From: an uncultured Lachnospiraceae bacterium
Lineage (GTDB): Bacteria > Bacillota > Clostridia > Lachnospirales > Lachnospiraceae
Length of the DNA stretch: 56,970 nt
Direction of reading: 5' to 3'
Assembly: GCA_910578085.1 (NCBI GenBank)
Contig: CAJTPM010000001.1
Coordinates: 1 to 56,970, forward strand
Shown: in pieces, positions 50,650 to 56,970 of the stretch
Numbering within the stretch: position 1 is the stretch's first letter
Layout: each line of letters opens with the position of its first letter
Position numbers and translations under genes: made by a program
The notes under the pieces: generated by a model
Databases searched by the model: none
What the model saw: the letters and a program-made list of their open reading frames with translations, nothing else
Told to the model about the DNA's origin: nothing

Positions 50650-51441
50650 CTACCTATACATTTCGGCATTCATAGTCTCCTCAATCCACTTCGCGATATA
50701 AGAAAATGTAATCTCCAGTTCTCCGTTATAGATTCCCAACGCCACCGGCTCGTTCAGGCCGTAGATAACAGGGCATATCTCGCTCTCAAAAAAATAGGCG
50801 ATCAGCTTCTGCTGATAAGCATCCAGAATCCAGTACTCGCGCACACCTGCCGCCATATATTTGGAAAGTTTTTTCGTATAGTCCTTCCTTCTGGTGGATG
50901 GAGAGATCACTTCCAGCACAAAGTCCGGCGCGCCGTACACGCCCCAGGTCTTCACTTTGTCGTTCTGACATAAGATCGCCACATCCGGCTGCACCATCGT
51001 CTTCTCATCACAGTCCAGCTGCGTATCGATGGGCGAGATCAGAGGGATACAGGAACCGTCACGCTCCATGACAAAATTGGCAATCTGGCGATAAACCTCT
51101 CCGGCAATCCGCTGGTGAAGCGGCGTGGGCGCTGCCATATCATAAAAATATCCGTCGATCAGCTCCACCCGCTGCTCCTCCGGCAGCGCGCGGTAGTCAT
51201 CGATCGTGTAGCTGCCCTGGGTGTGTCTCGAATTTACCTGATAGGCGGCGGACTCCTCGCATACCATCGGAGAGTCTCTGAACAGTCCCTCCAACGCCTG
51301 AATCGTATCGTAGCGTGGACTTACCGTCTCGCCTGAAAAGATCTTCTGGATGGTCCCCAGGGGCACCCCCGACAGCTCCGACATCAAAGCGTAAGAATAC
51401 CCCTTTTCCCTCTTTTTCTCCTTCATCTCCTGGATCGTCAT
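50650..51441 (-). CDS. XRE-HTH fused to Uma2-family (DUF820) PD-(D/E)xK-type endonuclease
   Basis: N-terminus YALMSELSGVPLGTIQKIFSGE (HTH). C-terminus LIDGYFYDMAAPTPLHQRIAGEVYRQI...PDVAIL...PDFVLEVISPST...EYWILD is the Uma2 signature. Confidence 0.7.
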   Translation of the reverse strand: MTIQEMKEKKREKGYSYALMSELSGVPLGTIQKIFSGETVSPRYDTIQALEGLFRDSPMVCEESAAYQVNSRHTQGSYTIDDYRALPEEQRVELIDGYFYDMAAPTPLHQRIAGEVYRQIANFVMERDGSCIPLISPIDTQLDCDEKTMVQPDVAILCQNDKVKTWGVYGAPDFVLEVISPSTRRKDYTKKLSKYMAAGVREYWILDAYQQKLIAYFFESEICPVIYGLNEPVALGIYNGELEITFSYIAKWIEETMNAEMYR

Positions 51442-51583
51442 ACGGATACCTCCCCTTCATGTGGCCGCCCGTTTTTTATGTGGTTATGATATAAAATATA
51501 CTTAATCCTTTATTACCAGTATATATGACGCCTTTCCATAAGTCAACCGAAATATATTATAATTTTAACCGTTTCGTAACAGT

Positions 51584-51814
51584 TCAGCCTTTTTTAGCCT
51601 GTTTGATGGCCTTAACCTTTTGCTTCTCAGCAAGGGCCTGCGGCATATCGATTTTGTATAAGCCGCCCGGATTCCATATCTCGCCTGTAGACAGCATCTG
51701 GTAAATGGCGGTGAGAATCATACAGGCAATCGCAATAATGGCTCTTTTCTTGCCACAACGTTTAACAAGTGCTTCGTATTTTTTCCTGTAGTAGGGAGAC
51801 TTGTCGGATTTCAC
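51584..51814 (-). pseudogene. C-terminal fragment of an IS110-family transposase
   Basis: …GKKRAIIAIACMILTAIYQMLSTGEIWNP… matches the IS110/IS116/IS902 C-terminal motif. Only 76 aa remain. The 3' flank ends in GGCTGAACTGTTA, shared with the element at 11592-11754. Confidence 0.5.
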
Positions 51815-51951
51815 GAAAGTTATTACAACTTCTCCTACCGTGCTTTATAGTATAGCTTCTTACAGGCAATTTTACAGCACAGCGTGGAAAGTTGAAACAC
51901 TTTCATCACTATTTGTGCCGTCAACTGAAAGGCGGCGGAATGGAGATTTTT

Positions 51952-54114
51952 ATGAAATTTCAATCAGTAAAAGAAACAGCAAAGCGTTTCCATATATCAG
52001 AGCGCCGGGTACAGAAACTCTGTGAGACCGGCAGAATTGACGGCGCCCGGATGGTCAGCAATGTCTGGTTGATACCGGACACTGCGACGAAACCGGCGGA
52101 CGAGCGCACTGTCATTGGTGACAAAGATTTACTCTCACTTTCTGATTTGTGCAGGGAACTATCCATTTCGACAGCTACCGGACGTAATTGGCTAAAACTT
52201 GGAAAACTGGCACCGTCTTCTGAAATAAAGAAAACGCCCTTTTTCAGCAGGGAATATGCCATTCAAATGAAAGCTGACATTGCGAATGGAAAAAACGCCG
52301 CCTTAAAAAGCCGTCGGAACAAAAAATACGTTTCCGGCAACACCCTTTACCGCTCCTATGTATCGGACACCTCCTCCAACCTGTCAGCGGTGCAGGCTGT
52401 TCTTGACTGCATAGAAGAAAAAAGCATCGAAATCACAGATGAGATACTGCATATGCTCATCGCCGAATGTGCGGTTCAGCTCATATTAAATAAAAACCAT
52501 GATAAAACATCTTCTGATTGTCTGTCGGGGTATCTTCATGGAACATTAAAAAGTAAATCCTTACCCCTGGTTGATGATCTGATCTCTCCCTATCCTCAGA
52601 TCGACAGAGTGGTTGGTCTGCATACAGACCTGTTAAACATAAAATATCAATATGAAGAGGGAGAAGATCTGTTGGGTCTTCTTTACATATCGTTGAAAAA
52701 TATCGGCAACAGAAAAGCTACTGGTTCCTACTACACGCCCACCGCCGTGGTGCAAAAATTGTGCCGCCGCCTTTTTTCCATAAATGAAGCTTCCGGAAAA
52801 GATGTACTTGATCCGTGCTGCGGGACAGGAAACTTTCTTCTTCAGCTCCCGCCGCAGATCGGGTTTGAACATGTCTACGGAAATGACAATGATCCCGTCA
52901 GCGTAAAAATTGCCAGAATCAATTTCTCGCTGAAATATGGTATTTCCGATCCGGCCGTCATCTATTCGCACATTACGGAGAGAGACTATCTTTCTTCCGA
53001 TCCTGCGCGGCAATTCGATTTTATCATCGGCAATCCGCCCTGGGGTTATGATTTTACCGCGCCACAAAAAACGCAGCTGAGAAGCAGATTTAAATCTGCC
53101 GCAGGCAACAGTATAGAATCTTATGACGTATTTGTGGAGCAGGCTTTGTCTGACTTAAAAGAGGGCGGAATACTTTCCTTTGTTTTGCCGGAAGCTATTT
53201 TAAATGTCAAGACCCATACGCCGATCCGCGGTATCATACTGGAACGCTGTGCCTTTCAGTACCTGGAATTTCTGGGAAATGCTTTTGATCAGGTACAGTG
53301 CCCCTGCATTATTTTACAGGCTGTCTGCACTGAAACCACATTTCGCAGTCAGGATATGCTGGTCTTTGACGGAACCCACGAATACTCCATTCAGTGCGAA
53401 CGCAAAGTAAATGCAGATTGTTTCAGCTTTTCCACGACAGACGAGGAATACCATATTTTGGAGAAAATGGACAACCTGCAGGGCAAACTCACTCTGCGCG
53501 GGAACGCTGACTTTGCGCTGGGAATTGCTACCGGTAACAATAAAGATTATATTTCTCAGACAAAAAGTAAAGAAAATGAAATGATCCTGAAAGGATCTGA
53601 TCTGCGGAAATTCAGATTTACCCCTTCTGAAAATTACATTGTATTCAACCCGGAATCCTTTCAACAGGTCGCACCCACCGAATATTACCGCGCTCCCGAA
53701 AAGCTGCTGTACCGCTTCATCTGCAAGCAGCTGGTTTTTGCATACGATAACAGACAGATATTGTCTTTAAACAGCTGTAATATCCTGATCCCGAAAATAC
53801 ATGATTTCAGTATAAAATATATTCTGGCTGTCTTAAATTCCAGAACCGTTCAGTTTTATTTTCGAAAACAGTTTAACTCCGTTAAGGTGCTGCGGGCCCA
53901 CCTTGAAAGGCTGCCCATAGCGTTTACGGATACAGATTCCCAGAATCAGGTTGTAAACATAGTCGACGGTATTCTCGAAACCTCTGATAAAACCACTGTT
54001 ACTGATCTGTACAATGAACTTGACAGGAAAATTGCCGATCTCTATGGATTGACTCCCGAGGAATATCGTATCGTCAAATCCACCATGGAGGATGAAAATT
54101 TATTTCTTTACTGA
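51952..54114 (+). CDS. N6-adenine DNA methyltransferase (gamma-class, NPPW) with N-terminal HTH_17 domain and C-terminal TRD
   Basis: Motif I DPCCGTGNFLL, motif IV IIGNPPWGY. N-terminus MKFQSVKETAKRFHISERRVQKLCETGRI...WLIP is homologous to the small HTH protein at 35134-35325. ATG at 51952 has a GGAG ribosome-binding site. Confidence 0.8.
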   Translation: MKFQSVKETAKRFHISERRVQKLCETGRIDGARMVSNVWLIPDTATKPADERTVIGDKDLLSLSDLCRELSISTATGRNWLKLGKLAPSSEIKKTPFFSREYAIQMKADIANGKNAALKSRRNKKYVSGNTLYRSYVSDTSSNLSAVQAVLDCIEEKSIEITDEILHMLIAECAVQLILNKNHDKTSSDCLSGYLHGTLKSKSLPLVDDLISPYPQIDRVVGLHTDLLNIKYQYEEGEDLLGLLYISLKNIGNRKATGSYYTPTAVVQKLCRRLFSINEASGKDVLDPCCGTGNFLLQLPPQIGFEHVYGNDNDPVSVKIARINFSLKYGISDPAVIYSHITERDYLSSDPARQFDFIIGNPPWGYDFTAPQKTQLRSRFKSAAGNSIESYDVFVEQALSDLKEGGILSFVLPEAILNVKTHTPIRGIILERCAFQYLEFLGNAFDQVQCPCIILQAVCTETTFRSQDMLVFDGTHEYSIQCERKVNADCFSFSTTDEEYHILEKMDNLQGKLTLRGNADFALGIATGNNKDYISQTKSKENEMILKGSDLRKFRFTPSENYIVFNPESFQQVAPTEYYRAPEKLLYRFICKQLVFAYDNRQILSLNSCNILIPKIHDFSIKYILAVLNSRTVQFYFRKQFNSVKVLRAHLERLPIAFTDTDSQNQVVNIVDGILETSDKTTVTDLYNELDRKIADLYGLTPEEYRIVKSTMEDENLFLY

Positions 54115-54899
54115 CATCGAAAGAATCCTGCGTCGCCTTTTTCCAGAACCTTTGTCAGAATATCCTTTTCTTCTACAGAGAAAGGCTTTAATTCATCTTC
54201 TGTCATAAAAACCTGTCCTTCAAATACCGGGATTCCGACTACGCCGGTATTCTCGTTCCTGTGCTGTGTTCCCAGTTTACCGGCCGCCTGCAATTCTTCA
54301 CTGCTCAATACCCAATAGAGCAAGGCATCTCTACAGACACCGATCCAGATAAACACATCACAGCAGGATGGCTTTAACTGCTGGTAGTGGTACTTGAAAT
54401 TCACCTTTTGTGCTTCCACATGGGTATAGGCCCGACTTGCAAGACTGCCCTTTGCTGCTTCACTGTTTGCTCTGCATGCTTTCACTTCCACACGAATCCC
54501 ATTTACCCATAAACCAAACTCTCCATCGAAACCCGGATACAGCACCGAAAGATTTCTCTTTGATGCTTTCAGGAACTGTGGAAACAGTTTTCTGATATGC
54601 TGTTCTCCCCATGTCTGTCCAAAAGTACGCGGAGCCATCTCAAACAATTCAAGATATTGATTTTCCTGTTGGTATCTTTCATAAAATTCATGGTTTAATC
54701 CAATATATTCCTCGTATGTGATCTCACCTATGGACAGCAGATAGGCCAATAAGTGAGCCTCTGTGCTGAAAGGAGCAATCGTCGGTTCCTGCTTGATAGC
54801 TTCTATGACCTCGTCGTCGCCACTTGAATTTTTAAGCAGATAATCCAACTTTTTTCTCAGTTCCTTCATAACTTTATCCTCCGCATAAACAAGCAACAC
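54108..54899 (-). CDS. Candidate restriction endonuclease (PD-(D/E)xK-like), convergent with the methyltransferase gene
   Basis: 263 aa. Putative catalytic segment YPGFDGEFGLWVNGIRVEVKACR (D...EVK). The stop overlaps the MTase stop by 7 nt. Confidence 0.4.
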   Translation of the reverse strand: MLLVYAEDKVMKELRKKLDYLLKNSSGDDEVIEAIKQEPTIAPFSTEAHLLAYLLSIGEITYEEYIGLNHEFYERYQQENQYLELFEMAPRTFGQTWGEQHIRKLFPQFLKASKRNLSVLYPGFDGEFGLWVNGIRVEVKACRANSEAAKGSLASRAYTHVEAQKVNFKYHYQQLKPSCCDVFIWIGVCRDALLYWVLSSEELQAAGKLGTQHRNENTGVVGIPVFEGQVFMTEDELKPFSVEEKDILTKVLEKGDAGFFRCQ

Positions 54900-54950
54900 C
54901 TTGAGAGGTTTCTCCCCCCAAGGTGTTTTTGTCCTGATTAAATACTGTTT

Positions 54951-56177
54951 TTATTTCCTCACCAGATGTCTCGGTGTACCGTTTACATACAGAGGCATCA
55001 GTTCTCCCATAATAAGCGGTCTTGCATACTTCTCATAATCTTCTGTCAGATCCGTGCCGTCCGCTGTGATCCACTCGTCAGGAACTTTTCTCTCCACATT
55101 GGCAATGGCGTGGATATCATAAGCGCTTGTGCCGCACTGATAAGGATCATCGCCGTTTCTGTCAAGGGTGATCATCATGCCGGTCTTACCCTCATTCGCA
55201 GCAACCACCGCATCGTGGCCTACCTGGAATGCCTCGTTGATATCTGTCAGGGAAGCAAGATGGGTAGCCGCTCTCTGCAGAGTAGAGAACTCGATTGCTC
55301 TTGTCTTAAGGCCTGTCTCTGCCGCGATCTTATCTGCTAACATCACTGCTGTGCCGGACATCTGCTTATGACCGAAAGCATCTACTGCTACCTCTTTACC
55401 CAATTCGCATACATATCTGCCGTCCGCAATATGAACGCCCTCGGAAACTGCGATCACAACAGAAGATTTCGTTGCTGCCAGATCTTTTACCTTTGCCATG
55501 AATGCATCCATGTCGAATACTTTCTCCGGCAGATAGATCGCATCCGGACCTTCGCAGTCGCTTCCGCGGGATAAAGCTGCTGCCGCTGTAAGCCAGCCTG
55601 CGTTACGTCCCATGATCTCCACGATACATACGGTAGGTTTCTTTGCGCCGAAGGAAGCGTTATCACGGATAATTTCCTTCATGGAAGTTGCAATATATTT
55701 CGCTGCAGAGCCATAGCCCGGGCAGTGATCTGTAATAGGAAGATCATTGTCGATGGTCTTCGGCACGCCTACGAATCTCTGGTTTTTGCCGTGTGCCGCC
55801 GCATAATCGGAAAGCATTTTCACAGTGTCCATAGAATCGTTGCCGCCACAGTAGAAAAGACATTCGATATCATGTTTCTCCATGATCTCAAAAACCTTCT
55901 CGTAAACATCCTCATGGCCCTCGATCTTCGGCATTTTAAACCGACAGGAGCCAAGGAACGCTGACGGTGTTCTCTTTAACAGTTCAATACCGGCTTCATC
56001 TGCAAGATACTCGTCCAGATCACAGATCCTGTCCTGCAAAAAGCCTTCAATACCATGAACCATACCGTATACCTTGTTCACACCAAGCTTCTTTGCTGCC
56101 GCATATACGCCTGCAACAGAAGAGTTAATTACCGCGGTAGGGCCGCCGGACTGTCCAACTACAACATTTCCCTTCAT
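54951..56177 (-). CDS. pfp: Pyrophosphate/ATP-dependent 6-phosphofructokinase
   Basis: MKGNVVVGQSGGPTAVINSSVAG...GGNDSM...PKTIDNDL...MGRNAGWL motifs. 408 aa, typical of the PPi-PFK clade. Confidence 0.85.
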   Translation of the reverse strand: MKGNVVVGQSGGPTAVINSSVAGVYAAAKKLGVNKVYGMVHGIEGFLQDRICDLDEYLADEAGIELLKRTPSAFLGSCRFKMPKIEGHEDVYEKVFEIMEKHDIECLFYCGGNDSMDTVKMLSDYAAAHGKNQRFVGVPKTIDNDLPITDHCPGYGSAAKYIATSMKEIIRDNASFGAKKPTVCIVEIMGRNAGWLTAAAALSRGSDCEGPDAIYLPEKVFDMDAFMAKVKDLAATKSSVVIAVSEGVHIADGRYVCELGKEVAVDAFGHKQMSGTAVMLADKIAAETGLKTRAIEFSTLQRAATHLASLTDINEAFQVGHDAVVAANEGKTGMMITLDRNGDDPYQCGTSAYDIHAIANVERKVPDEWITADGTDLTEDYEKYARPLIMGELMPLYVNGTPRHLVRK

Positions 56178-56273
56178 AACTGTTCTCCTTTTTTCTAAAA
56201 TTTATTTCATAAATTATAGTACAGAAGCCCTCATCCTGTAACTGTACAGGACCAGGACTCCCCATCACTACTT

Positions 56274-56810
56274 TTAAACAAGTTCCAGAACTACCTGCAT
56301 CGCCGCATCACCTTTACGGGGGCCGATTTTCACGATTCTTGTGTAACCACCCTTACGGTTTGCATACTTCGGTGCAACTTCCTCAAACATGAAATTACCC
56401 ATGTTGATCTCTTTTGTATTTTTCTTCTTTCCTGCCAGCGTGGTCGGTACTTCCGTCACAGGATACAGCACCTTCATCATCTGGCGCCTTGCATGCTGTC
56501 TGGAGGGCAGATCTTTTTTGATCTCCTTCTCCACCTCGTCAAATACGGTTACTTTCTTACCGTCCACAACCTCTTTGACTCTCTTGCCGTCCTTGTCCTT
56601 ACGGGCAACTTTTGCTTTTACTTTCACTGTCTCAAAATTGTCTTTCTCTCTTACCGCCAAAGTGATCACATGCTCTGCAATTTTACGAACTTCCTTCGCT
56701 CTTGCTTCTGTTGTAACGATCTTACCATGATACAGGAGATTCGTTACCTGATTTCTGAGCAGCGCTTTTCTCTGGCTGCTTGTTCTGCCAAGTTTTCTGT
56801 ATTTTGCCAT
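56274..56810 (-). CDS. rplQ: 50S ribosomal protein L17 (long form with internal Lys-rich insertion)
   Basis: [52 protein letters not shown]...[25 protein letters not shown]. 178 aa versus ~115-130 typical. Confidence 0.9.
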   Translation of the reverse strand: MAKYRKLGRTSSQRKALLRNQVTNLLYHGKIVTTEARAKEVRKIAEHVITLAVREKDNFETVKVKAKVARKDKDGKRVKEVVDGKKVTVFDEVEKEIKKDLPSRQHARRQMMKVLYPVTEVPTTLAGKKKNTKEINMGNFMFEEVAPKYANRKGGYTRIVKIGPRKGDAAMQVVLELV

Positions 56811-56970
56811 AACAGGCTCCTTTCATATAGAATGGATGATTCCGGCCATGCGCTTCGGGCTTACTCACCGGAATATGATCAGTTACCATTTATGAAAACA
56901 TCCCCGCGCGCTTTGGGCTTACCGGGAATGCTCACTTCGTTCCAATTTCATTACGTTCAGTTCGGGAACC

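Noticed and set aside
51952-54114. Single-chain type IIG/IIL restriction-modification enzyme
   Set aside because: No PD-(D/E)xK or other nuclease motif upstream of the MTase motifs. The N-terminus is an HTH. A separate nuclease-like gene is convergent.

Overview
This window looks like a chromosomal segment from a spore-forming Firmicute (Clostridia, possibly Lachnospiraceae-like). The evidence is an alpha/beta-type SASP gene, GGAGG-type ribosome-binding sites and about 50% GC. It is gene-dense, carries several accessory modules, and ends in the rplQ (ribosomal protein L17) gene. Content, in order:
- A DUF975 membrane protein with an OmpR-type response regulator (RR) and histidine kinase (HK), then asnA.
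- A MobC-like relaxosome gene remnant, then a Bce-type peptide-antibiotic resistance module (RR-HK-ABC ATPase-FtsX permease) with shared palindromic boxes.
- deoB, a MITE-like element and a SASP gene.
- CBS, DJ-1/PfpI, CYTH and SPFH proteins.
- An RNA-repair locus (see below).
- A maltodextrin operon (LacI-GlgP-MalQ).
- An FAD-oxidoreductase::Rieske fusion.
- A lantibiotic-immunity-type module (HTH-RR-HK-ABC-2 permeases-YxeA) with four direct repeats in its promoter.
- GH51 arabinofuranosidase, two GH13 alpha-glucosidases and an AraC regulator.
- A decayed patch: a frameshifted LacI gene, a MATE gene with an in-frame amber codon, and a truncated HEPN gene next to an intact MNT gene.
- A small defence/mobile islet: an HTH-Uma2 endonuclease, an IS110-family transposase remnant, and a convergent pair of an HTH-fused N6-adenine methyltransferase and a PD-(D/E)xK-like protein.
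- PPi-phosphofructokinase and rplQ.

The most interesting system is the RNA-repair locus. It consists of rtcB, a non-canonical tRNA-like RNA immediately downstream with two T-arm modules, and a divergently transcribed pair of WYL-domain regulator paralogues, one of which carries an 18-bp in-frame tandem repeat. I read it as a candidate RNA-damage sensing and repair module regulated by WYL proteins rather than a CARF-RtcR.

All calls rest on reading the supplied ORF translations and the nucleotide sequence by eye. No database searches were run.
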